Origin: Catajapyx aquilonaris
Taxonomy: Eukaryota
DNA length: 55,258 bases
Direction of reading: 5' to 3'
NCBI GenBank assembly: GCA_000934665.2
Contig: KZ538139.1
Span: forward strand, 62,001 to 117,258
Made by a program: the position numbers and the translations under genes. Below are positions 1-11,125 of the stretch, piece by piece. Positions within the stretch are counted from its first letter, which is position 1. Every line of letters starts with the position of its first letter. The notes below the pieces were generated by a model, which was not told the DNA's origin, did no database searches, and was given only the letters and a program-made list of their open reading frames with translations.

Positions 1-72
1 GTGAGTTGCATTTTTAAAAATTGAAGTGCGATAATTTGGTGATTGGGAATTAACTATGACCACTTATTTCAG

Positions 73-3000
73 TACCTCCATCTTGATGGAGAGAGTCTGT
101 CCACTGATGACCTGCTTCATTTGGGTCATGGAAGTTATAAGATTAAGGTAAACCTTATCCATGGAATTAAAAAACTTGCATTGCTTCTAATATGGGCTAA
201 TAGGTAGATTTAAAAATGACCTCAAGTTAATATTATGCGAATATTATGATGGAACGATAGGTCATTAATATTGATAACCTGTTTATTTGTTTTGAAAATA
301 TGAATGACTTGTCAACAACTCAATTTTTTTCCACTCTAGCTGTCAAAAGATGCGGAAGAGAAAGTTCAAAGGGCAAGGAGTGTTGTGGAAGAAATTATCA
401 GAGAAAACAAAGGTAGACTATATTATTTTGATATGTAATTTATTTCACTCCAGTGTAATGAACGGAGACAACTTTATTTTCAATGTTTCAGTGGTGTATG
501 GAATCACAACAGGGTTTGGAAAGTTTGCCAGGACAGTCATTGGAAAAGATAAGCTAATGTATGTACAGTGACAACTGCAAATTTCGTTACACTATGACCT
601 AGAATTGTAAGGGAATATATTTTATATTGTCGGCAGAGAGCTGCAAGAAAGGCTGATAAGGTCACATGCAGCTGGAGTAGGGAATCCGCTGACACCTCAG
701 AAGACCAGAATGCTTCTGGCACTTCGGATCAACGTGATGGCCAAAGGGTACAGTGGTATCTCCCTACAAACGCTCCAGCAGCTCATTGACGCCTTCAATG
801 GTAAGTTAAAAGGTCACTCTAATCTAGTGTCTGAAAACCTGCAATATCCAGAATTCGCAATATATTCTAGCCACAGTTGACTTGATAAGTCATTTTGACC
901 CTTTATCCTAGAATGTCAAAATTCCACTGTCACTTCATGTAGCACAAAACTTTAACTTTTCATTCCATGAGAAACTGATTATTAGAATTACGATCAGTGG
1001 ATTATGACAATTATTTCTATGTCAACATGTCATACACTGTGAACTACATGCTACCTAACTCTCTGCATAAAGCATCCTGCCTATCATGGGTACCTGAGAA
1101 GGGCACGGTGGGCGCAAGTGGTGACCTGGCCCCACTGGCTCATTTGGCGCTGGGGCTGATGGGTGAGGGCAAGATGTGGAGCCCCGAGACTGGCTGGGGG
1201 GAGGCCAAATATGTCTTGGAAGCGCACAACCTGACCCCAGTCAAGTTGATGGCCAAAGAAGGAATCGCCATGATCAATGGGACCCAGCTGATCACGTCTC
1301 TTGGTGCAGAAGCAGTGGAGAGGGCAGGACTTATTGCCCGCCAGGCTGACGTAGTGGCTGCTCTCACACTGGAAGTGCTCAAGGGTACTTCAAGAGCATT
1401 TGATAGCGGTAAGAATGTTGTATTTCTGACATATGCTGTATAAAAATTACACGCATTGATGGAAACTCCACAGATGTGCAGAAGGTGCGGCCTCACAAAG
1501 GACAGATTGATGTTGCCAGACGTCTACGTGCACTGCTTCATTCAGACACATATCCATCCGAAATTGCACGTGAGTAATCTGTTACTTGCATTTCAGGCGG
1601 TTAAACTGACACGATTGCATTATTGCAGAGAGCCATCGTTTTTGCAACAGAGTGCAGGATGCGTACACTCTTCGTTGTTGTCCCCAGGTGCATGGGGTAG
1701 TTCATGACACCATTGAATTTGTGAGGAGCATCATCACCACAGAGATGAACAGTGCTACAGATAACCCGGTACTTCATTATCCATTCAGTTCTCCAGCTGT
1801 GTTTACATTACCTGAATCGTTCGTTTGCAGATCGTATTTTCTGAGAGGGCAGAGCTCATATCAGCTGGTAACTTCCATGGGGAATATCCAGCCAAGGCAC
1901 TAGATTATTTGGCTATTGGTGTTCATGAACTGGCATCCATGAGTGAGCGGAGAACTGAACGACTTGTCAATCCAGGTTTCAAATTTATTATATGCTCTAG
2001 ACAAATTTTCTTTTAGGCTAGGTTGCACTGCTGATGGTAGATTATCAACTGAGGGTTTGACAGCTCAATTGTTGCCAACAATCCCCTCTGTATCTAATCT
2101 ACCGTCACTAGTGCAATCTAGCCTTAGTGGCATAACAACTGGACTCTTATTGTCCTCTGCTCTTCCCTTCGCAGCACTGAGTGAACTCCCAGCTTTCCTG
2201 GTGCAGGATGGTGGGCTGAATTCCGGGTTCATGTTGGCCCACTGCACAGCAGCTGCCCTTGGTAAATTCTGACTTCTTAAATCCGCATGAGCACACCTAC
2301 TGGAGCTGATAATTAGCACATTACATATCAATAATAATTAGCGCAACAGTGGCACCACACTGACCCTAAATTTTCTACTAAAGTTTCAGAGAACAAAGTC
2401 CTGTGCCACCCTGCCTCCGTAGACTCCCTGAGTACAAGTGCAGGTACAGAAGACCACGTGTCAATGGGTGGCTTCTCTGCCAGGAAGTGTCTGGAGGTGA
2501 TTGAGAATGTAGAGAGAGTGATAGCTATTGAGCTCCTGGCTGCTTGCCAGGCCATTGAGTTTCTTCGCCCACTCAAGACAACAGTACCATTAGAGGAGGT
2601 ATACCGCACTGTGCGCTCAGTTGCTAGGCCATGGGACAAGGACAGATACATGGCCCCAGATATAGATGCTGCCACAGATATTTTGAGGAAAGATAAAGTG
2701 TGGAATGCAGTTCGGAGTCAGATAGAGCATTACCATGCCACACAGGTCAGTCTTTGACTTACTTTCATCCCATGATCTTATCAGTTTTGCATGAAATGAT
2801 TGGTCATCTCCAATGAGTGGTGGCCACACATGCATTACGTAATGATAGACACATATGCCCACCCTCTGTGTCATAACCTGCCATCACCAAGTTGACTAAT
2901 GGTTTCTCAAGATTTGCAGAATCCGCCTTGAATACTTTAAAAATTGAGTGTTTCACACCAATGTGAATATGTTTTCTTTCAGTCTGTGGAAACAAGAGTG

Positions 3001-3111
3001 TTTAGCCCAACGACTTTCCATGTGGCGCATCCTGAAAGAATCAGAGTGACCAGACGTAGCAGTGGAATGAAGAGAAAGAGGCAAAATGGTTCTACCAATG
3101 GCAGTAAATAA
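73..3111 (+). CDS. HAL: Histidine ammonia-lyase (histidase), 5'-partial; exons 73-147, 340-412, 492-558, 637-800, 1073-1408, 1474-1569, 1629-1768, 1831-1975, 2175-2261, 2384-2745, 2983-3111
   Basis: GT-AG exons join in phase to 1674 nt (557 aa + stop). Motifs include [22 protein letters not shown]-forming [42 protein letters not shown] and EDHVSMG. The last exon's [10 protein letters not shown] resembles the vertebrate HAL tail. The window opens on a GTGAGT donor, so earlier exons lie upstream. Confidence 0.97.
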
Positions 3112-3179
3112 AGTTTCATGCGTCTTGCTGGGAGTGTCAAGTTGCTCAATCAACCATTTCTTAATTGTTTGCTATCTTT

Positions 3180-3251
3180 GGGTTGAATTTTCTCCCACTG
3201 CTAGTTACTGATAACTTAGCAGTAACTAGCAGTGGGATGAAAATTCCACCC
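3180..3251. repeat. ~72-bp near-perfect inverted repeat in the HAL 3' UTR
   Basis: GAATTTTCTCCCACTGCTAGTTACTG...CAGTAACTAGCAGTGGGATGAAAATTC; a related partial copy is at ~12653-12708. Confidence 0.85.
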
Positions 3252-3295
3252 TTTCATTTTAAATACTGTATGTCAGGGTTGATGTATACATGAAT

Positions 3296-3301
3296 AATAA
3301 A
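3296..3301 (+). promoter_or_regulatory. Candidate HAL polyadenylation signal
   Basis: AATAAA 185 nt after the HAL stop, followed by U-rich sequence. Confidence 0.55.
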
Positions 3302-3385
3302 GTACAAGATTCTTTGAACGTATTGATATATGAATATTTCAGTTAATTATTTTTATAGTTACAAAAATCCTTTAGATTAATGGAT

Positions 3386-4051
3386 TCATTCCAGGTAGTC
3401 CAGACTGGCTTTTGCTTTTCCTAGTTCGTGCAAGAAGGTGTAGAACTGCTGCAAGGTCATCTCAAAGTGGATGTTTTTCTTCTGATTCCCACCCATGTCC
3501 ACCACCAACTTGACTTGCATGAATGTGCTGCCCACCTTCTTCAACTCACTACTGGCCGCAGTCACTGGAAATAAAATCCAAACCTATTGAACAATGCTTG
3601 GAGGGAGGCTTACTATTAGCATTAGCTCTTGCTATTAGTCAGGCCTCATGCAGTTTGGTCGAAGCACGTAATGGCCTCTCACCTCTCAAATACTGTACTA
3701 GTTTTGATGCAAATATGATATGCAACACTAGGTGGCCCATCTGGAGTTGAATGACAAATATATGTCCTGTGTATATCATACAGTGTCACTTGACAGGAAG
3801 TACCAGAGCCAATGTATTTCCATGCATGAACTAGTACTACTAGTAGCTCGTTATTGTGCGCGGCACAGTACACGGTACACCGTAGAAATGACTGTAGTGA
3901 GTGATTGAACCCAGTGCTTCTCCCATCAGGTGACTCAAGAATGTCAAGATGACACAGAACAGGGCTCGCCTGACGTGTGCCAAGCCAGCCAGTTACCTCC
4001 AAACTTCCACTCCACGTCGAGCACTTGATTGACCGACAGCGTGGAAGCCAT
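3386..4051 (-). CDS. COMMD7: COMM domain-containing protein 7-like; exons 4051-3997 and 3564-3386 (77 aa if the ATG at 4051 is used; N-terminus uncertain)
   Basis: Spliced product MASTLSVNQVLDVEWKFG|VTAASSELKKVGSTFMQVKLVVDMGGNQKKNIHFEMTLQQFYTFLHELGKAKASLDYLE*. It matches the COMMD7 COMM domain as I recall it (..NQLIDMEWKFGVTSGSSELEKVGSIFLQLKLVV..ELTLPQFYSFLHE). The intron is phase 1 with G|GTAACT and TTTCCAG sites. The ORF track missed this gene. Confidence 0.88.
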
Positions 4052-4139
4052 CCTCGCTCGGCGCAGAAACAGCTGCAGCGAAAGGGGCCAGCCCGCAGTA
4101 CAACTCCTCGGGTGTTTTTATCGTACGTGCTACTCGGGA

Positions 4140-4220
4140 GATTTCAGCCGCTTCAGCTTGGCCTAGGTTTCAGCCGGGTTCAGCAATTTCAGCAGCGACA
4201 GGAGGCCGCCATCTTGTTCA
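4140..4220. promoter_or_regulatory. Putative housekeeping-type promoter/5' leader of the COMMD7-like gene
   Basis: GC-rich; YY1-type AAGATGGCGG on - (4206-4215) and five GCTGAA copies on - within ~55 bp. Confidence 0.4.
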
Positions 4221-4433
4221 GGGTGGCCAACTCACTGTCAGTGGGAGTAATCAATCAGTGTAATTTCAATTACTTAAATAGTTTATTTAGTGCACAATAT
4301 AGTTTTAATGCTCGGTTCTGTACTGTTACAGGTAAAGACACTGGCCAACCTTGGCCATGTCTCCCCATGCATTGTTGCCACTTGGGCGGTGGGCTGGTGG
4401 GCCCGACAAGACATGCTCAAACTTGCATTTGTC

Positions 4434-4466
4434 CCGGGTCATAGCCATACTATGGCTATGACCCGG
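4434..4466. repeat. Perfect palindrome, 16-bp arms, 1-nt spacer
   Basis: CCGGGTCATAGCCATA-C-TATGGCTATGACCCGG. Confidence 0.9.
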
Positions 4467-6925
4467 CCACCCGGGACACCCGGGATTACAAGCCGACGGG
4501 GAAACCAGTGGCAAGACCTCGTGGCTCCGTGGACCGGATGGAGGCCCAGCTGATGCCCTCTTGTTGGAGTGGAGCTTACCGCTCTGCCGCCATTCAATCA
4601 AACACATGCATACGCTGCATTGATGCTGATGGGAATGCCGGCAAAGGGGACGACTCGTCGGCGTGTCCACGTCTGTACCTCCATCTCCACCCCATAGTAC
4701 TGTACGACGGCAACCGTGGTGAGCACGTTCGAGCTGGTTTTTCTTATCAGTTATAATATAAATATATTGTAAACTTGGTGGGGTTTGCTCGCCCATTTTG
4801 TCCTATTTGATTGCCATCCCATAGCAAATGGGAAGTCAACAAATATCAGGATCAGCAACTAAAAGGTTTACGGCGAAGACACACACCTCAAGGGCTGCAC
4901 GGCACAAACTCACGTCTTGCGTCAATCCCGTCTAAAGACACTTAATCCTTGGACTTCCAAACATCCGGAGTGAGACAAGAGAGTTCGTGCCTCCTTGGAA
5001 GATATTATAAAAGAGTTTTGACGATTTCCTTCTTCCTTGATAGCCCAATGTAAATGACATGTGTGTACATTATAAACTGTAAGTACTAGAAGTTGGTGAT
5101 TTATGAGGGCAATACACCATGGAAGTGTAATATTATAATGAAAGGTCCACAGATGTTACAGGATTGTGTTAGGAGGTTGCTGACTCTGAATCACATCTTA
5201 TGACATAGTAATTTTAATGATGAGAAATTTTATTTTCTGAGAACAGAATGTACATGTATAGTACACAGAAACAAGAAAATCTAAAGTTTGACAAGTCTTT
5301 ATTCGTATGGTAAATTCATCTCTTAATAGATGCAAGTAAAGAGCAACACATTTGCCTCGCCGAAAGAAACGGAGAACAGAAGTATACGAGAGGTTGAAAC
5401 CTTCCTTGACACTGATAGACGTCTCGAAACAGATACATACACGAGGTATTGTAACGAAATAAAAAAAAGGGTTGCCAACAAAGACGTGTAGTAGGGGGAA
5501 TGAGCAAGTTTTGGCACGACCTTTGCATAACATGGTTTGATGCCAAGTAACCGAAACACCGAACATACTTTGTCACATGAACGCCAATCGTGATATCGAA
5601 AGTGTTGGCAAGCCTAGGTGTTTTTAAAAAATATATTAATTCCTTTAAATAATTCAATGGCGTCCAAACATTTTTGCAGCACACAACAGCATAACAGCAA
5701 GCTTATCTTTCGACAACCACATAAATCAAGTACATAGAAGGGTTCAACCTCTGTAAAAAAGTGCGTCAAGATGCGAGTAAATATACAGCAGCGTCACAGC
5801 TGGTAAATTATTATTATTTTTACTCTTTCGCACGCTCTTTTTCTCAATAATCACTCGCGCACAAAGGTCAACGATAACGATTTTTTTTTTTTTTCAGTAA
5901 GGAATTCAATAGTAGGACTGGATAATTTTTCTTGCATGTTCCCACCACTCAAATGTCACATCATCACAACCAGACGAAAACTATCACCCGTCAGTTTTGC
6001 TTGGAAATCAACATCACAATAATTGATTTGTCTTCTTACTTGCGCAGGAAATAATAATAACGATGATTTAAAAAAAAATGAAACGCCGTAAAATATGGGG
6101 GAAAACGAAATTATTCCGATATTCCGCCACATAGACAAAAAAAAGTTTTTCCCCGAAAAATGGGAAGAAAAATTGATCACAAATCCTCATCGAGCCTTGT
6201 CTAATAAACACCGAAACACCGACCTCTCTTTCTAAAAATAAAACAATATTTCGTTTAGCCTAATAGATTTGTTTAAATTTGACGAGATAGAAACAGTCAC
6301 TATGTCCGGTTATAATTGCTGTTTTTTTTGTGTGTATAGTGTAGAAATAACGAATCCGCAATTGGGGGCTTTGTGGGTGGGGCTACTAATATTTAATTCA
6401 CAAATGGGGGGGATGGTTTTAAATTTATTTATTTATTCTGTTTAATTGGCACCTATACTGCACTTTTTGCTCTTGGAAGTGACCACCTGCATCTACTGAT
6501 GATTAGAATTATTATTGTGATTAATAACCATAATGGAATCTAGTGTAGACGAGAGGCTGTGGCAGTTCATCCAAGTGCGCTGAGCCGTGTACGTGCCATC
6601 CTGGGAATTAACTATAATTAATTCTCCCGTGCTCTAAAACCTCATTATCATCATCATCATCATCATCACCCCCTCCCCCGCCCCTCATTCCCCCCCAAAA
6701 TGCGTTGGAAGAGCTCAACTGATCCGTAATGATGGAAAGGGCCCGCAACCAATGCTACTTGCCTCTGGGTCACAACCTCGGTCCGCCATATTGGTTCAAA
6801 CTACTTCATTACTCTCAGGGGGCAACAAAGGCTCCTTGCTTTAGGCAATTTAAGGGGTTGGGTATGCCACGTGAAGGTTGGCAAACAATGTTGTAATGGC
6901 CTTTTTAAAGAAATATTGCGATGCC

Positions 6926-6982
6926 CCTCACTAGATGGCAGGAGGAGACTTTGTAATCAGTCGTGAAACGGCCTGGCTCCAG
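6926..6982 (+). repeat. 57-bp dispersed module with a CTCF-like motif (copy 1; copy 2 at 39246-39301)
   Basis: CCTCACTAGATGGCAG...TTTGTAATCAGTCGTGAAACGGCCTGGCTCCAG aligns by eye at roughly 80% with 39246-39301. Confidence 0.75.
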
Positions 6983-9900
6983 CGCCCAATATTTGCAACA
7001 CTATTTGGCCAGCTTCACGTGTTTTGCAACCAGGAGCTATTTGTGACAATGTGCAGCTTGCGTTGAACACTGCTGTTGGTATGTATGGTGCGTCGGATTT
7101 ATTATTGCAAAAATTCTGCTTCCACTTTTTGTGCGTCGAAATTAGTAATTTTAGGCTCATACAGGGTAATTCCTCTCGTTGACTGCAAGTTGGTAAAATA
7201 TTAAGAAGCATCTCAGAACTGATTATATTTGGACCCCCTAATGATCTGAATGAAGTGTGATTTTATCTGATTTCGAAAGCACATATGCAATGTCAATGCA
7301 GTCAAGTTCAGATTCACCCTGTAGTTTTGTTCCAGTGTATAAAAAAAACCCTGGTCAATCAATATGATGGATGAGCGAATTTTAATACACCAGGATGGCA
7401 TAAGGCCGTCAGATTCGCATTATGATATTCCACACTATACAATGTATTGTGGGTAAGTCGTCCTCACTCAGGATTGGTCAGATGTGAGCGCCAAAACGGC
7501 TCATTTGGCTTGCCTTGACTGCCAGGATGATAACTACATGGCAAATGGGCGCGTGGGCCAAATGGACCGTATATTCCTCAGGGGGATTCAACCCGGATCA
7601 ATCTGCCAGATAGGCTTGGTTCCAGTTTGAGCCACGTTTTTGAATGCCACCCACTTCTTGGGGTGTGCTCCTGTCTCTTTGGCAATAAATCAGTCTGGTT
7701 AGAATCTATGTGTGCCAACTTAAACTTTTCAGGGTGTGTTATCTAGGGGGTATCACAGTGAGGCTAGTGTAAGCAATGAATTAATAGTTTTGTGGAAGCA
7801 GTTGAGGCAGTGGGCTCGTCTGAAAATATATGTTCAAAAAAAATGCGTGGAAATCAGAGAGCAGGGTTTCGCTCCATTGTACCCAAATGGAGCATTGTTG
7901 GGAACTAATGGAGGTCAGAGGCGGACTATGAAAGAAACAACCTGGGCAAGCATTATTTGATCTGGCAGCGGGCCTCGATCATAACTGATTGGCAGCAAGT
8001 AATTGCCACCTTGTTAACAAATGTCATTCTTTTTGTGACGTCAAGGAACAGCAGTTATTATTTCGATAGGTTCAATCTTCCTGATCGTCCATCGACACAA
8101 TATTCCAGTCTCTAGTAAAACGAATCATTCACTATCGACTAGAGGTTACCCCTATTAATTGTACTGTACTAGGATTTTTCTTATTGTATTTTTCGGTCTT
8201 TTTAAACTTTTCCCACAGCCTGTTTGAACGAGCCGTAGGAAAAAAAAACAATGTGATTTACAAGAGGTGGGGAGAGGGTATTAAAGTAAAACCTAATTGG
8301 GAGAGCACTGTTGAATAGTGCAATATCTCAATCACACGTTTGCCAAGGAAAAAATTGAGGGGGTATACACGGAGACATATCGGTCATGCTTGATGTTTAT
8401 TTTTATTTTTTCGAACGGATCTCGACTAATTGTATAAGAAAAAAACGGGTAGGTACTCAATAGTTAATTTTTCCCTCAGCGGCGCTTATGTTCGTCTTCA
8501 TGCAATAATTAGACGAGACTATTAGAAAGATGGCTGGAAAAAAATAATATATTGTTCAACCCCTAAGCGCGTCCTCCTTGCGATGGGCGCCTCTCTGCCT
8601 TCTTATTTCGAGCCTCAGTGTTGCAACCTCCATAGTAAAAATTGTGCCAATTCTGAACAATGTGCGTGATCTATTTTTTGGGGGGTATGTGGATTTGCTT
8701 TGGTGGGGTGCAAGGTTCATCAAGGAGACTATAATGTGCGACAGAGAGTGTGCCCAGCACTCCCAGTTATTATTTTTTTTCAAACTTTGCGAAAAAAAAC
8801 CTTTCCCATATTTTGAGGACGGGGATATGGTCCGAGAGTAGTTGTGATCACACCACCTGAGATGTCGTTAGTATTGCTCCACTCATTATCTGCTCCTTAA
8901 TTAAGCGAACCCTGGTGGGCATTGTATACAAAATGGAATATGATTGGCTAGTGGTAGGGTTTGCAGCTATGTAGTTTTAGAAATATAAGTTTTGCCTATT
9001 TTATGTGAAATTTTGAAGCTGTTTGAATATTGATGTAAAAGCAAACATGTTATTTGCTCCGATTCTGTCTGAGACAACCCACAAATATTATGAGAATTTC
9101 ATAATGAAATCGAGTAATTGATGCCATCTTTCCTTTTACATCGTAATTATTTAGTTGCAAAAAAAAAATTGGATTCTATTTGGTCCTTGGCCCACTAGGA
9201 TTGAGCTTATCCAGAAGCAGAAAAATTAAGCTCGGTGTTTCGCCTTCAGCAGCAGCTTCATTTCTAATACTGTCCCAGAATGGAGAAACGACGCTTCTAG
9301 ATTTCTGGTGGATGATGATGAATTGTGCTCGAAAGCAATTCGATTAATACACGCGGTATTAACTCGAAGGACGTGTACAGTACGCTAATTCCCAATGTCA
9401 TCTCCGAGAGAAATTAATCGCAGCTACACCGTGGGAGGAGAGTGGAATCCAATGCTTTTTTAATTATTATTATTATTACAAAGGGTATACTGCAAATGAA
9501 CGCTGCCATATTACATGGACGATATTGTTTGAAATTCACTAAGTAGTTTGTGATATTTGGTTTGAATATAAAGTGAACTCCGCTTGATTATGAGGATATT
9601 TAGTAGTAAATGCCGTTGACATGAGGCACAATGTTGTATGGATGAGCGAAATCTATGAAATGCCTACTAGTGCTCGAACGCAGTTAATTATTCCTAGTGC
9701 ATCAGATCTCTTCGTGATTAAAAATTGAATAGGAAACCCAAGCTGTACATTTAAATATACTTTGTTGCATAATTGCAGACAATTGCTTCGCACAAGCAAC
9801 TTGAAGAAACATGACACGTAAAGAAGCTAAACGCGGTTTTCATGAGGTTTTGAAGCACCCTATACCCTACAACTTGTTATAAAACGATTTTTTTTGTGTG

Positions 9901-10196
9901 TGTGGATATTTTGTCGATTGATCCCCTATCATAATTATGCAGCTGATCCATCAGCCTGTAATTCACTTATGCGCCTTCCATACTTAACTTACAAGGTCAC
10001 TTTGAATGTTATTTCGCACAGTCGGTCCTCGTTTCCAGCAAAGCAATTATTGTGTGCTTAATGACTAGTGATCAATTGAAAGCCTCAGGAATTATTTTTA
10101 GTAGCGGTTTGTTAGAAAAATAACGTGTGTTTCGTCGTGCACATTGACCAAAAGCTTCATCTCAAGAGATGGATCCTATGGTTTTCTTTTAAATGT

Positions 10197-10202
10197 TTTA
10201 TT
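10197..10202 (-). promoter_or_regulatory. Candidate poly(A) signal for the distal Shal last exon
   Basis: AATAAA on -, ~480 nt after the stop at 10682. Confidence 0.45.
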
Positions 10203-10681
10203 TACAAATAAATGGGTCACGTAGTAACAATGTGCTACATGTAACAGGGGTGTTGTAGGGTGAGGACGACACCTTCTAGTCCTGGTGGTGTCACCTGGAC
10301 GTGATGGTGTCGGCATCAACCTGTCCACGTGCCTCTTACATGTCGAGCACATGTACTGCGTGAAATGGATGAGCACCAGTGTGTGCCATTCCGAGACTAA
10401 CTGTAAGAGAAATGAAGGTTCTCAACGCTGAAGAGCAAGAACCCCAAGCAGTGGTGGAGCAACATGCTGCAGCCAGCCATCCCCCAGAAAAAAGGGGGTG
10501 GGTTGCCAACATGTGAAAAAATGATTTTTTTTGAGTATAACCACACTGATGCAAAAGGCGGTGTTTAGATCAACCACTCTCCTCCCGCACCCTGGTCACC
10601 ACTCTTCTGCCTGTGCTCAACCACACGGTGGTCGTCACTCGCTCCCAACAGTTCCCGGAAGCACTTAGGGAAGTCAATTCC

Positions 10682-11125
10682 TCACAAGGTCGAAATGCGA
10701 ACCACGGCCGAAGTGACTGAGGAAGAGGAAGAGGGCTGCTGCGGTTGCTGCAGCTCCTGGTATGGCGGCGGGGGCTGATGAGATGAGGAAGCGGATGTTG
10801 TTGGAACAGCAACAGCAGCAACGCCAGGAGAGGTTGCGGTGGAAGGCGTTGGGAGGTCCGTCTCCGATGGGGACACGCACGGGTTGGACATGTGGTGGTG
10901 GCTGCCCACTGAGGCGGACGATGGCAGCGCCGGAAGCTGGTCGCCGCCTGGGGGTGAGGCTGCCCCCGATGTTCCTCCGCTGGCCAGACCAGCCGCGTGC
11001 CGGTCGCCCACCGACGCGCGGTCGGGTGCGGCGGTGGGCGTTCGGTTCTGCAACCGGATCTGGATGTCGTTGAGCTCTTCCTCTGGACCCGCAGTTGACT
11101 CGGGCGTCATGCCGCGCTGGTGCTT
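10682..11125 (-). CDS. Shal: Shal distal last exon (147 aa, vertebrate-like tail ending VVRISTL)
   Basis: Branch point GCTAAC and ..TCCCCGCAG acceptor, phase 0. [15 protein letters not shown] resembles Kv4.2 QELSTIQIRCVERTP, and VVRISTL resembles IVRVSAL (from memory). Confidence 0.88.
   Translation of the reverse strand, partial: KHQRGMTPESTAGPEEELNDIQIRLQNRTPTAAPDRASVGDRHAAGLASGGTSGAASPPGGDQLPALPSSASVGSHHHMSNPCVSPSETDLPTPSTATSPGVAAVAVPTTSASSSHQPPPPYQELQQPQQPSSSSSVTSAVVRISTL

Noticed and set aside
1072..2383. Non-canonical HAL splicing
   Set aside because: The two AAG acceptors (1072, 2383) are uncommon but are ordinary GT-AG introns that keep the frame.
5230..6260. Separate minus-strand gene (122-aa ORFs)
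   Set aside because: No recognisable protein. The U-rich minus strand with AATAAA (5298-5303) looks more like UTR, possibly an extended Shal 3' UTR, which cannot be shown without RNA data.
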